Shown here one piece after another: positions 14,501-28,591 of a stretch of DNA of 64,000 nt. Position 1 is the stretch's first letter. The number at the start of each line of letters is the position of its first letter. This DNA comes from Octopus sinensis (lineage: Eukaryota): positions 44,392,001-44,456,000 of the forward strand of contig NC_043005.1 of the NCBI RefSeq assembly GCF_006345805.1, in the 5' to 3' direction. The notes under the pieces were generated by a model. It was not told the origin of the DNA and searched no databases. It was given only the letters and a program-made list of their open reading frames with translations. Position numbers and translations under genes: made by a program.

Positions 14501-16114
14501 TAAAAATAAAACAACCATTTCACTGAAACCTCAAAGCTACAAGATAATGCATTATTAATTCAAAATAACGAGAATAAACATTACATTTGACAGAGTAATG
14601 TGAATGCTGAAGGGATAAACAACACTAAAGTAACATGGTATCTTTTACTTCTCAAAATCATTTAAAAATAAGTAATCTAAGTATTATTGGTAATTAGAAA
14701 CGTAAGAAAAATTTAACAATTAAGAGTTATTAATAGACCTAATTAGATAATTTACTTCAAAGAGAACACAAATTTATAAATTGTATACTGTATACATGAA
14801 GCTGTATCACTATTTAGTTGTGTTAGTAAAGCATTAATTAGAGTGACAAGACAACAGAGAAACAGAAACAATATGTAATCTTTATCCCATATATTTTAAG
14901 TTCAAATCTCATAGGAGCTAGCTTTACTTTAAATCTCTCTAGATTCATTAATAAGGTGGCTACAGGAGGCAGTTGGCAAAGCCAGCTTCTATATATGGCT
15001 GAAATGAGAAGACCCAAAATGGCTCGAAAGCCATAACATGCCAACTGGGAAATAACATCGTTAGGTGAGGCTGGCTAGCACTTAAGTGCTTGACAGGTGG
15101 GCCAAAGGAAGGATCTCATTCACTGCAGGCCCTTCTTGATGGTTCAAAGGCTTGTACCACCAGACAGCTAGTTGGCTCTAGCTGCTGGAAGGAAAACTAA
15201 CACAACACTGTTGGAAGGTAGGTTTAGAGAGGGTGCAGGCCAAAACTATGTGTCCTTCCCCTCCATTGGTCAGTTGAAGCTTACATAGTGTAATGTGGCA
15301 GCTGGTGCTGGCTACTGAAGCCTACCAGTGAGTATTTAAAGGGAAATTTGGCAAGATGGTCATTCACCCACTGACATTCGTTGACACTACATCAAAGAAA
15401 CCAAAGAAAAAAAGGTCAATAAAAAAGAGAAAGAAAAAACGCACTCAACACCAGAGCTGTAGACACCTCTGAAAGGTGGGGCCCTGCTACATTGAAAACA
15501 GTAGAGGAGTAAGGGCTGAAACAGGATGTGGTTCCTCCTGATGATGTCTTTAGCCACTGGATCCTATAAGGGAGCTGTTGAGGTAGTGAACCACAAAACG
15601 TGGTTAGAATTCCTCCCTAATTATAGCTCTTGTTCCCTTAAAAATGTTTGGTCTTGTGCCACAGCAAAATAACAAAAGTGAAATAAATAAATAAATCCAT
15701 CTATCAATTAGTTACTTGTTCCACTCATTTAGAAGAGCCTCACTAAGGTTGTTGTTTTGTTTAGCTTCTAGACTGATTGAAAAGATCTAGAATATTATTG
15801 TCCATGAATATTCTAAATTCAGAATGGCCCCAAATTAGGCCAATAATAGTAAACATGTATTCATAAATATCTTCATTTTCTGCCACATTCATAAATGTCC
15901 TCATTTCCCACCAAATATACATACACATGCACTCACACATGTAGAAATACAAGTGTGTGGAGGTGCAAGCACTAATATCGGCACACCTATATAACACTCA
16001 GGACATGTATACAACACACATACATGATAGACTTAACTTCAAGAATAGAAGGGAATGAGACACTGAAGAGCCAAAACTAAAGATCACAAAGCATCTTTAT
16101 CTGAAGCTCTAAAG

Positions 16115-16376
16115 CAGTTTTTCTCAACCATTTTTTTCTTATGAACCCCTTTAATTCCTAATTTACTCTATTAGACATCCACTAACCAGCTGAAGATTAT
16201 TTTTTTTAAAAAAACGTATTTTTATAATTAAATATTATTAGGAATTGTATTAAAAAATTGTTAAAATATTTTGTGTACTGTAGACTTATAATCAATTTAT
16301 TGTACATAATTTTTAACAACTAAATTTTATATGGACCCCTAAAAGGGTCATATGGAACCCCAGTTGAGAACCACTG
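16115..16376. mobile_element. hAT (Buster/Charlie-type) MITE
   Basis: CAG...AACCACTG ends, 8-bp TSD ctctaaag/ctctaagg. Related copies at ~10830-11180, 34555-35042 (TSD atctgtag/ctctatag) and 42315-42552. Confidence 0.75.
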
Positions 16377-16454
16377 CTCTAAGGAATCAGCCAAGTCTCT
16401 ACCTGCTATAATAACAAAAACACACAATATAATTTTATAGATTATGTAAACACA

Positions 16455-16845
16455 GGTGTGGCTGTGTGGTAAGAAGCTTACTTCCCAACCACATGGTTCC
16501 GGGTTTAGTCCCACAGCGTGGTACTTTGGGCAAGTATTTTCTACTATAGCCTTGGGCCAACCAAAGCCTTCTGAGTGGACGTGGTAGACGAAATCTGAAA
16601 GAAGCCAGTTGTGTGTGTGTGTATTTATGTGTGTGTCTGTGTTTGTCTCCCACAATCATTTGACAACTGACACTGGTGTGTATATGTCCCTGTAACTTAG
16701 TGGTTCAGCAAAAGAGACTGATAGAATAAGTACAAGGCTTACAAAGAATAAGTCCTGGGGTGTCGATTTCTTTGACTAAAACCCTTTATGGTAATGCTCC
16801 AGCTTAGCCACAGTCAAATGACTAAAGTAAAAGAATAAAAGAAAG
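16455..16845 (+). mobile_element. tRNA-derived SINE, family A, near full length
   Basis: A-box-like TGGCTGTGTGG, B-box-like GGTTTAGTCCC, internal (TG)n and A-rich tail. Other copies or fragments at ~5070-5430, 19110-19320, 19880-20150, 23355-23665, 46440-46610, 50370-50430, 50930-51030 and 58953-59100. Confidence 0.85.
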
Positions 16846-16856
16846 AATCAACTTAC

Positions 16857-18123
16857 CTGAGTCATCATCATCTGAGGAATCATCATCGCTGGTAATGTTT
16901 AAGTGTGGGTTTGTTTGCCTTCCTCCTCTTCTTAACGACATGCCACCTTGTATAAGATAACTAGGACATGGTGTTTTATCAAGTAAACTTTTTACAGATG
17001 GATCACTCATTGATGATGGCAGTGATTTTAAATCAACTTCATCTTCACGAGTTTCTAAATTATCACAATTTTCAGCAGTCCGATTCTCAATGGGGCAGTC
17101 TTTACTTTGACTGCGAGCATCATGAACCCCAACAGTACTTGTGGTACTCTTCTCACTGTTATTTTTTATATCATGTAAAGGAGAAGCAACATTTAAGCAA
17201 TTCTCTTTAGAATATTGCTGTTCAGATGATGTCTTCTTATCACTTTCAACTGTTAAATCTGAAATATTGCCTTCCTGAGGTAAAGTTGGTGCTTTTAACA
17301 CTGCTTCAGAAGTATTGTTAGAATTAACTTTAACCGCTGTTCTTTTATTTTCATTTTCATCTCCAGCTTTTCTTAATGATTCAGAACAGTTTTCATTTAC
17401 ATTTACTGAACAATCTGGACTTATACTAACTGGTGAATCTGACTGAAATTCAGCATGACAAAGTTCTCTATTTTCATGGTTTGTGACACTTTGATCTTTA
17501 ACTTTGTGACTATCTGTGTGATTGCTTACTACAGTAAAATTAGTATTACTATCCTTAAGAAATTTATTTGGACTTTTCTCAGAGGATTTTACAATATCAT
17601 GATGCTGATAGCCATCAGTATGAAAAATAGAGTCATTTTCTTCACTTTGAGGTAAAGAATGGTGTTCAGTATTTCCACAAGAAGTATTATTGTTTGATGC
17701 TAAAGGACAGTTATCATTTTCAGTTTCATTCTTCAGGAGGTCTGTGTATTCATTTTCAGTTATTATAGTACTCTCTTCAAGTGGCTCCATCTTATATGTT
17801 CTAAGATAATCAAAAGCTTGATTAATGTGCCTGCTCGCTAAATTTTGGCCACGTCCTTGTTTTTCACGTAATTTGACAACATCTTCTTCATCTGTCTTTT
17901 CTAGATTACTAATTTTTTTTGATCTCGTTAAAGTGTTTAAGGAATAGTTTATTACATTTCCACTCAGTAATTCTGTATCACTTTCAGATTTCTTCATAGC
18001 TGCTTCTACATCAGACTGATCCATAATATCAATGCAGCTACTTATTATATGGGAACTACGTTGATCTGCTTGAATAACAGAAGCAGAAGCTGTTGGGATA
18101 CGGCGAATCACTTTATCAGACAT
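16857..18123 (-). CDS. First coding exon (422 codons + 1 nt) of an unidentified host gene; Ser/Asn/Glu/Asp-rich, probably disordered N-terminal region
   Basis: 433-codon ORF in ~30% GC DNA with a natural-looking protein sequence. Acceptor TTTTTATTTCAG lies upstream (exon starts 18166), with in-frame stops before the ATG at 18123. Canonical donor TCAG|GTAAGT follows 16857 (phase 1). No domain recognised. Confidence 0.8.
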
Positions 18124-19439
18124 TTTAGAACTAAGTTAAAAACTTCAAATAATTTTTAAATATAATCTGAAATAAAAACAAAAAAAGACATCAGTATCAA
18201 CTTTTAGCAATTTTTAAATCATATAGATATATAATATTGATTTCAAATTTTGGCACAAAGCCAGCATTTTGGGGAAGGGATTAAATCGATTACATCGACC
18301 CCAGTGTTTAACTGGTACTTATTTTATCAACCCCAAAAGGATGAAAGGCAAAGTCGACCTCAGCAGAATTTGAACTCAGAACACAAGGACAGATGAAATG
18401 CCACTAAACATTTTGCCCAGCATGCAAACAATTCTGCCAGTTCATCACTCTGATATAGAAATATAATATTGACTAGTCACAAAATTTCCCCTTTAACAGA
18501 GAAAAATAAACAAGATTGCAGGTTTTTTTCATGCCTTTATCAAGAGCCCAAAGAACATAGAAGACATGAAATATTTCAAATAGAGAGCAATATTAGTTCA
18601 CAAGCTTTACACCTCATAAATTTACTACAAAATGTCATGTCATATAGTCATAATATTTAATATATAGGGCATGATAACAATCAGAAACAAAAAGTTTACA
18701 AAGAAAATATAGCAAGTTTTACTATTAACTTTTCAAGTAAAAAAAATGTTTTCTAAAAAGAAATGTAACACAAAGTTAAAGCTTCAAAAATGTTCTATAA
18801 TAGAAATGAAACAAGAGATTTGACCTTGATAAGATTTTCTTTGTGAATAATATTAATACCTGTACCTTCTAAAACTAGAGTAAATATATCCTACAAAGGT
18901 GGCTTGCTTCAATTTTATTTCAGAAATATTTATTGTTGTAGACAGACATTTTCATGAAAAAACTGAATTATGGACGTGCATATTTTTCCAAAGTACAAAT
19001 CATTTTTTAAAATAGTAATTATTTATACATTAAAACCATTGATTTTTTTTATGCACATTCATTTTATTTGTTGTTGTATTTTTTCTCTTTGAAATAATAG
19101 GAAAATACCATGTTATTCATACTTGTTTCACTCATTAGATTACGACCATGCTGGAGTACCACTTTAAAGGGTTTTAGTCAAAGAAATCGACCCCCAGGAC
19201 TTATTCTTTGTAAGCCTAGTACTTATTCTATTGGTCTCTTTTGCCAAAGCCCTATGTTACAGGGACATAAGCACACCAACATCAGTTGTCAAACAATAGT
19301 GGTGGGGACGAACGCAAAGATAAACACATACATAGATACATATATATATATGTGTGTGTGTATGTACATGTATATGGCTAAGATCAAGATTTAATATCTA
19401 CTCTAAACAGTTTAATATATATATATACACACACACATA

Positions 19440-19839
19440 TACACATTTGTGAATTTGTGTTGCAAGATTCTTGATGTGAAAACATGTGTTGAAACAAATA
19501 TTGTTGTATTTCAGGATGGTCATATCTTTTTTTTATGTTTGCCAAATAAACACATGCACTATATATTCATTCTTCACTTGTTTAGTAGAGTTGTTATTCT
19601 AACTCATGTACATTGTCCGGAAATATTTTGTCACACAACTGTGACCTCCTCAGCGACACTCTCTGTTTTCATGTGCTCTTGCTCAGAAAGTGTTGCTGAG
19701 AAGGTCACAGAGGTGTGATGAAAAATTTCCAGACAATGGACATGAATTAGAATAAGAACAGTTATAAACCAGTGAAGAAAGAATATATAGTGCGTGTATT
19801 TCTTTGGCAGAAAAAAAAATGACCATCCCGAAATACAAC
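19440..19839. mobile_element. Foldback/MITE-like element: ~160-bp inverted arms plus a ~60-bp one-sided extension
   Basis: Arms run 19503 to ~19662 and ~19681 to 19839. A second full copy lies at 51085-51490 in the opposite orientation, with half copies at ~34730-34890 and 37905-38080. Confidence 0.75.
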
Positions 19840-21073
19840 GCTATATACACACACACATCAATATATATATGACAGTCTTCTTTCAGCTTCCATTTACCAA
19901 ATTCACTCAGCCTAAGGCTACAGTAGAGGACACTTGCCTAAAGTTCAATGCAGTGGGACTGAGCCCAAAACCATGTGGTTGGGAAGCATGCTTTTTACCA
20001 CAAATCCATGCCAGTGCCTACTTTAATTATAATCGAAAAGGAGGTGGTGTGGCTGTGTGGTTAAGCAGCTTTCTTCCCAGCCTCATGTTGCCAGGTTCAG
20101 TCCCACTGGGCAGACCAATGCCTTGTGAGTGAAACAGGAAGATGGGAACTGAAAAAAGTTTATTATTTGTACATCTTTCATTTTTTACACGTTCCCATCA
20201 TTGGACTGTGTACATTATATATATATATATATATACATATATGTATGCATGTGTGTGCGTGTGTGTGTGTGTATGTGTATGTATGTATGTATGTATATAT
20301 GTATGTATGCATGTATGTATGTTTACATACAGATCATCCTCATCATCATTTATCATTCATTGTCCATGCTGGTATGGGATAGATGGTTTAACCAGAGCTG
20401 GTAAACTGAGGAGCTGCACCAGACTCCAGTCTGATTTGGCATGGTTTCTATGGCTGGATGCCCTCCCTAATACCAACCACTTTACAGAGTATGCTGGGTG
20501 CTTTTATGTGGCACCGTACAGGTGCTTTTACACGGTTCTGCATAGGTGCTTTTACGTGGCTCCGCATGGGCACTTTTACATAGCACTGCACACACACTTT
20601 TACATAGCACTGCACAGATGCTTTTATGTAGTACTTCCACAAGTACTTTACACTACCAGAATGATCAGCTTTGCACTTTTGCTGTGGAGTACGGGTCCTC
20701 TTGAGTATGGCAAGTTGCCAGGCATCTCATTCTTTTGTCATTTCACCTAAAAAGTTCAGCATCCTTTCTAAAGGTGGTGCTCCAGCATGGCCACAGTCAA
20801 ATGACTTAAACAAGCAAAAGAGAGTAATAAAATGAAGAATAATATTAAGCATTTAGAGATAATAAAGTGATAAAGTGGCGAAGACTGACCATTTCAGTAT
20901 CTATCAAATGTTTCTGTGTTTCTGTGAAGGACTTAAGTTACTCTCCATCTTTCAGGGACAAAACAACTGGCCCCATTCTCCACTCAAATCAGCTTTTATT
21001 CAAAGTTAATTTATTACCATCTAGTTGTTATATGCTTTATTGAAACAATTAGAAAAAAGATAAGTATGCTTAC

Positions 21074-21108
21074 CTCCACCCAATATAAATATTCTTCCAC
21101 ATACCCAT
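21074..21108 (-). other. Candidate 35-nt exon, possibly 5' UTR or short coding exon of the same gene
   Basis: Minus strand reads ctaacttgtAG|ATGGGTATGTGGAAGAATATTTATATTGGGTGGAG|GTAAGC; only the splice signals support it. Confidence 0.3.
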
Positions 21109-21159
21109 CTACAAGTTAGTGTATATAGTTTTATATACACACACATCACACACAAGTCA

Positions 21160-22470
<1,311 letters not shown>

Positions 22471-22736
22471 CATATGTGCTACTTACTAATATATATTTTT
22501 ACTATTTTTACTGTTTATATCAAAATTAATATATGCTGGTTTGAAAGTCTAACCCACAAACAATGTAGTGTATACATTTCTATATATACACGTGTATACA
22601 TATGAAGTATATATACATATATCTATTTATAGACGTACATTTATACACTACTTAGATACATACAATTTCTAATGGCATAAATAAAAAAAATGTGAAATGT
22701 AAAATAAAAAATACATGCATACGCATATTTGTATAT

Positions 22737-22787
<51 letters not shown>

Positions 22788-23054
22788 CACTTCTTGCATA
22801 CATTTTTACTGTTTGTAAAAAACAGAAACAGATACACAAGACTAAAGTATTAAAAATATAATATAGTATAGATATATAAGTAAAATAGAATATACTCACA
22901 TATACCTGTTTACATATGGATACATGCATACTTTTAATAAACTTTCTTAGCCTAGGTCCAACCCACATACAAGGTAATATATATAGTTTCACGCACACAC
23001 ACACACAAACACGTATGTACATATATATACACACACACAAACACATATGTACAT

Positions 23055-23085
<31 letters not shown>

Positions 23086-24339
23086 CATATACATGTACGC
23101 ACATATTCTTCTTCCATACATTTAACTGCTTTTAAAACATGACATAAATATATACAATAAAATACAGAATCAATGGAGAATGTTGTTCATTCCATTTTCC
23201 ATCATTTATCTTTTTATATAAACTCTATGGATACTACAAAACTCCTGATGTATATCCAGTAGCAGGAGCATTTCCAGTGTATGATAACATCAGATAGCCA
23301 CTAACTGTGAATAAGCTTTGCATAGCATTCTATACGGTTTTTACTCAAATTTTACTTGTGGTAAGTAGCTTGCTTACCAACCACATGGTTCCAGGTTCAG
23401 TCCCACTTGGGCAAGTGTCTTCTACTATGAGCAAACTTGATAGACGGAAACTGGAAGAAGCCCATCGTATGTGTGTGTGTGTTTGTCTCCCAACCATCGC
23501 TTGACAACTGATGTTGGTGTGTTTACATCTCCGTAACTTTGTGGTTCGACAAAAAGGGGCCGATAGAATAAGTACTAAGCTTACAAAGAATAAGTCCTGG
23601 GGTCAATTTGGTCAAATGAAGATGGTGTTCCAGCATGGCTGCAGTTAAATGACTGAAACAAATAAAATATATATATATATATATCCTTCTACTATAGGCA
23701 CAAGGCCCGAAATTTGGGGGAGGGGGATAGTCAATTACATCAACCCCAGTATTTCACCGGTATTTAATTTATCGATCCCATAAGTGGCTCTCACCATGCC
23801 TAGAGTTAAACTTAGCTCACCTTGTCAGTTTCTAAGATTTCCATTGAAGTCATAAATGGTAAAAGTGAAAATTATAAAAAATATAGGTGGCTAATTTGCA
23901 GTTAAACCCTGGGTGCATACATTTGTATGTTATTGAAATAATACACATTTGTATATCATTTCAATTATATATATTTATAATCTCCATCAAACATTTACAT
24001 TGATATTATTGTCCATCCATGTAAAGCTCACTGAAATTTCTATGAAGATTTGAACATTTGATGGTTTAAACATGTTTGTCCTATGTTTACCTTGTAATGT
24101 TTAAACTCTCCTTATATATATACATATATATATATATATATTTGTATCACTGATAAGCAAAAACTAGTTTGGTGTATAAATAAATATATTTAAAACTGAC
24201 TACACGTTTTTCAGAGTCAGGTGCATTTTCAAACAACCACAACAAATCTACATTTTTTTCCTGCATGGGAATACACTTCTTTCCAAATATATATATATAT
24301 ATGTATATATGCATCGGCATATATATTAACAGGTGGATA

Positions 24340-24379
<40 letters not shown>

Positions 24380-25949
24380 CACACACACACACACACACAC
24401 ATATATACATACATATACATAGATGTATGTGCATGAGAGTGCATATGTGTATAAGTATGTATCCACAGAGGTGCATGCAAAATGAATGCCCAGCTGATGA
24501 ATGGAAATGAGTAACAGTGAGTAGTGGAAACTGGAGCCTTTCAGTTATAATTTATGTATACACAAACATATATATATATTTACACACACATACATGCACA
24601 CATATATGCACATGTTCTCCTGCTGTCCGTTGATTTTATTTGCTTATTTGAACTGACTATATATATATATTATATATATATATTATATATATATATATAC
24701 ATTTATATATACATATACATACATAAACATATATATATATACATATATACATACATATATACATATATATATATACATATATAAACATATATACATATAT
24801 ACATTCACATAAACATATATATTCATGCATTCATACATATAAACAGATATACATACATATAAACATTCATACATATATACATGCTTATAAACATATATAC
24901 ATACATATATACATACATGTAAACATTTATACATATATATATATACGCACACACACACATATATATATATGTGTGCATATATATATATATAAATATTTAT
25001 CATTATCATCATTTATTATCCATGCTGGTATAAGTAGGATGGCTTGGGGAAAAATTTGTGATACTCATCTTCAATCCAGCAAGATTCAAGCAAAACATAA
25101 GGAAAACAAGACTGAGGGCAGAAAATATACAGGACATTACCAAAAAGAAAAAGGCCTACACATGCAAATTACCAGGGTGCAGAAAAAGTTTGGTATGAAA
25201 AGTAATAACAAACAGGTACAGAGTATAAACAGAGATAGTATCTTGCAATTTAAGGCAGAGACAAATAAAAAAAGCAATGGTGTAGACAGGAAATATAGAA
25301 AGATTTCAATCTTGGTACAATTTGAACAGAGAGAAATACTGGGCACGTGTGATTAGTGTGATGCCCATGAGACTAAAGGCCAACAGAAAGGAGTGGATAT
25401 CAGCCGAAGTGAAAAGCACAAAAGAAAAAGAGAATGAAATACAAGGAAAGACAGAGGTTATTCAAGATAGAGTGAGAGAAAGAGTGTTAAAAAAGGGAAG
25501 GCATGATAGAGATAGAGAGAAAAAGAGAACGAAAGGTGGGGAACAAATAGACGGAGAGAAACATACTGCAAGTCGTAGCAGGAGAAAACAAGTGACAATG
25601 TAAAATATAACTATATGTGAGAAATGAAAATCAAAATAACGGAGAAGAATGTGTATGACAATTGGCAGAAAGGACAAAAAGCAGACATGAATAAACCAAC
25701 ATTTTATCCAGACAACTTTTTGTTCACAAACATTATGATTTTGACGCTTGGGAATGTTGGTATCATTCGTCTGGAAAGCGCTGAGGTTCAAAGGAAAAAA
25801 AAAAACTATAAAGACAAATCTACAAATGAAAAGACAAGAAAATTTTTTTAAAAACCGTCTTATGATTGAAAATGAATGGGACAGAGAGGAAAGAATGGTA
25901 CAAAAATCAACATATATATATGTATATATATATATTATATATATAAGAT

Positions 25950-26090
25950 TAATCAGCCGAAATTGCTAAGATGATCTGGTTCTTGATTGATGACTGAGGG
26001 CTTCGAATGTCCCGTCCTGTGGTTCTTGTGTCGTCTCTGTGGTGTTTCGTGTTCTTGTCCATGTCTGTAATTATTTTTACTGTTTACCTA
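25950..26090. mobile_element. Short repeat fragment between TA tracts, probably a PLE terminal-repeat fragment
   Basis: Higher-GC island abutting the PLE; family assignment from memory only. Confidence 0.35.
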
Positions 26091-26155
26091 TATATATATA
26101 TATATATGAAAAAACAAGTAAAAAATAGAAAATGCTAAAATAATTTTATAGTGAA

Positions 26156-26203
26156 CATTTCAGTACCGGTTTCGGTCATTTTGAGACCTTTTCAACTGTA
26201 ACG
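26156..26203 (-). ncRNA. Minimal type I hammerhead ribozyme motif, U3-A8 core variant
   Basis: CGTTACAG TTGAAAA GGTC-tcaaaat-GACC GAAACCGGTA CTGAAATG. Stem I is CAG/CTG plus CGTT/AATG, stem II is 4 bp, stem III is the palindrome ACCGGT, and the cleavage triplet is GUA. Confidence 0.75.
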
Positions 26204-26885
26204 ATTAAATAATTAAATTTAGAAAAATTAGAAGAAAAGTTTTCTTAAAAGAATATTTCTATAGTAGTGTTCAGATTTAAGTGGCATTCTGCCTTTCTCT
26301 GACTCCCTTGTTTGCACTTGTGTGTTCGAGGTAGTTGTGAGTTCTTGGTAGGGTAGTAGAGGGAAGGCTGGTGAGGAAAGGGGGGTGGGAGAATCTGGGA
26401 GTGCCCTGATGGTCGTATTTTGAATGGTCAGTGGCGGCTGGCAGTCTCAGTTCAATTCAGGAGAATATTTATATTGACAGGCTTGTTTATAGAATTAGCG
26501 TAGGTGTTATACTAAAAAACATTAGTGACAAACTTAAGGGGTAGGGGGTGGAGAAGAAGAAGAAGAAGAAGAAGAAGAAGGAGAAGGAGAAGATGATGGT
26601 GATGGTGGTGATGATTATGACGACGATGATGATGATAACGATGATGATGAAGAAGAAGAAGGAGGAGAAGGAGAAGATGGTGGTGATGATGGTGGCGATG
26701 ATGATGACGCCGATGATGATGATAACGATGATGATGAAGAAGAAGAAGAAGAAAAAAACAGAGAAGAGAGAATATGAATGGGTGTAAATATAGCTATGAA
26801 GGGGCTGATTAGTAATGGATTCTATGGAGTGTAGTATTTGTGTGTGTATATATATTTTTTTCTTTTATTCTAAAGTTGAGGTATA

Positions 26886-27348
26886 TTAATTGTTTGTCGT
26901 AGACCCGTTAAGAAGTGGCTTGTATTTTGTAATAAAGAGATTTTCTTTACTTATTCTTTGTCTCGAGGTTGTATCGTCCCTAAATTGGTAGAGGGGGAAA
27001 ATTCTGAAGTTTGGTGTTTTTTTGTTGGCGCAAGTATCTATGTGTTGGCTAAAAGCTATTTTTCTGTTTTGGGGAATTTTTATCTGGGATCTGTGCAGGG
27101 CCATTCGTTTACGCAAACCATTTTTTGTTTGGCCTATGTACTGCTCTTGACACCCGGAGCAGGTTAGTGAGTATATTAGGTTCTCCGAAGCACATGTGAA
27201 GTTGCTTTTCACTGTAAACCGTTGTCCCTGTTTGAAGGAGAACTCAGAACCCTCGATTAGATAGTCGCATATCCCGCAATTGGGTCTTCCACATTTTTTT
27301 ACTGTCGGCTTCTGTGTTGAAGAGTGAATTCGGGCTTGTGTAAGGAGA
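26886..27348 (-). pseudogene. GIY-YIG endonuclease fragment of the Penelope-like element, 5'-truncated
   Basis: Open frame with an N-terminal Cys cluster and LIY..C..C...YIGQT motif. The first ~48 aa of the ORF-track call are antisense sequence from the inverted arm. Confidence 0.85.
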
Positions 27349-28236
27349 CCCTGCACAGATCCCAGATAAAAATTCCCCAAAACAGAAAAATAGCTTTTAG
27401 CCAACACATAGATACTTGCGCCAACAAAAAAACACCAAACTTCAGAATTTTCCCCCTCTACCAATTTAGGGACGATACAACCTCGAGACAAAGAATAAGT
27501 AAAGAAAATCTCTTTATTACAAAATACAAGCCACTTCTTAACGGGTCTACGACAAACAATTAATATACCTCAACTTTAGAATAAAAGAAAAAAATATATA
27601 TACACACACAAATACTACACTCCATAGAATCCATTACTAATCAGCCCCTTCATAGCTATATTTACACCCATTCATATTCTCCCTTCTCTGTTTTTTTCTT
27701 CTTCTTCTTCTTCATCATCATCGTTATCATCATCATCGGCGTCATCATCATCGCCACCATCATCACCACCATCTTCTCCTTCTCCTCCTTCTTCTTCATC
27801 ATCATCGTTATCATCATCATCGTCGTCATAATCATCACCACCATCACCATCATCTTCTCCTTCTCCTTCTTCTTCTTCTTCTTCTTCTCCACCCCCTACC
27901 CCTTAAGTTTGTCACTAATGTTTTTTAGTATAACACCTACGCTAATTCTATAAACAAGCCTGTCAATATAAATATTCTCCTGAATTGAACTGAGACTGCC
28001 AGCCGCCACTGATCATTCAAAATACGACCATCAGGGCACTCCCAGATTCTCCCACCCCCCTTTCCTCACCAGCCTTCCCTCTACTACCCTACCAAGAACT
28101 CACAACTACCTCGAACACACAAGTGCAAACAAGGGAGTCAGAGAAAGGCAGAATGCCACTTAAATCTGAACACTACTATAGAAATATTCTTTTAAGAAAA
28201 CTTTTCTTCTAATTTTTCTAAATTTAATTATTTAAA

Positions 28237-28284
28237 CGTTACAGTTAAAAAGGTCTCAAAATGACCGAAACCGGTACTGAAATG
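28237..28284 (+). ncRNA. Second copy of the same hammerhead motif carrying G5A, predicted inactive
   Basis: Identical to 26156-26203 except that the core reads TTAAAAA instead of TTGAAAA. Confidence 0.7.
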
Positions 28285-28551
28285 TTCACTATAAAATTAT
28301 TTTAGCATTTTCTATTTTTTACTTGTTTTTTCATATATATCAACTCGTGTGTTCCTTTTCACCCTTATACATATATATATATATATACACATATATGAAT
28401 ACATATATATAAATGTGAGTATTTATATGTACACATTCAGACCCTCACACATACATGTATGTGTGTGTGTGTATATATATATGTATATATATATATATAT
28501 GTGTGTGTGTATATGAATATGTGTGTGTGCACACGCATATACATACATACA

Positions 28552-28587
<36 letters not shown>

Positions 28588-28591
28588 TATA

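Larger units (their letters stand above)
26100..28340. mobile_element. Penelope-like element (PLE) 3' portion arranged as a fold-back: arms ~26100-27100 and 27349-28340, 248-bp spacer
   Basis: The arms are near-identical reverse complements. The minus strand encodes a GIY-YIG endonuclease (CGRPNCGICD...LIYSLTCSGCQEQYIGQT...HRSQIK...KENLFITKYKPLLN). The element is flanked by (TA)n. Confidence 0.9.

Noticed and set aside
23170-23310. Protein-like short frames on both strands (YKLYGYYKTPDVYPVAGAFPVYDNIR; SGYLMLSYTGNAPATGYTSGVL)
   Set aside because: Short, strand-ambiguous and not joinable in frame to neighbouring candidate exons.
23821-23860. Strong minus-strand donor CAAG|GTGAGC after MTSMEILETDK
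   Set aside because: No clear acceptor; possibly a UTR exon but unsupported.
26548-26787. ORFs rich in K/E/M, mirrored at 27662-27892
   Set aside because: Antisense reading of trinucleotide repeats in the PLE 3' region.
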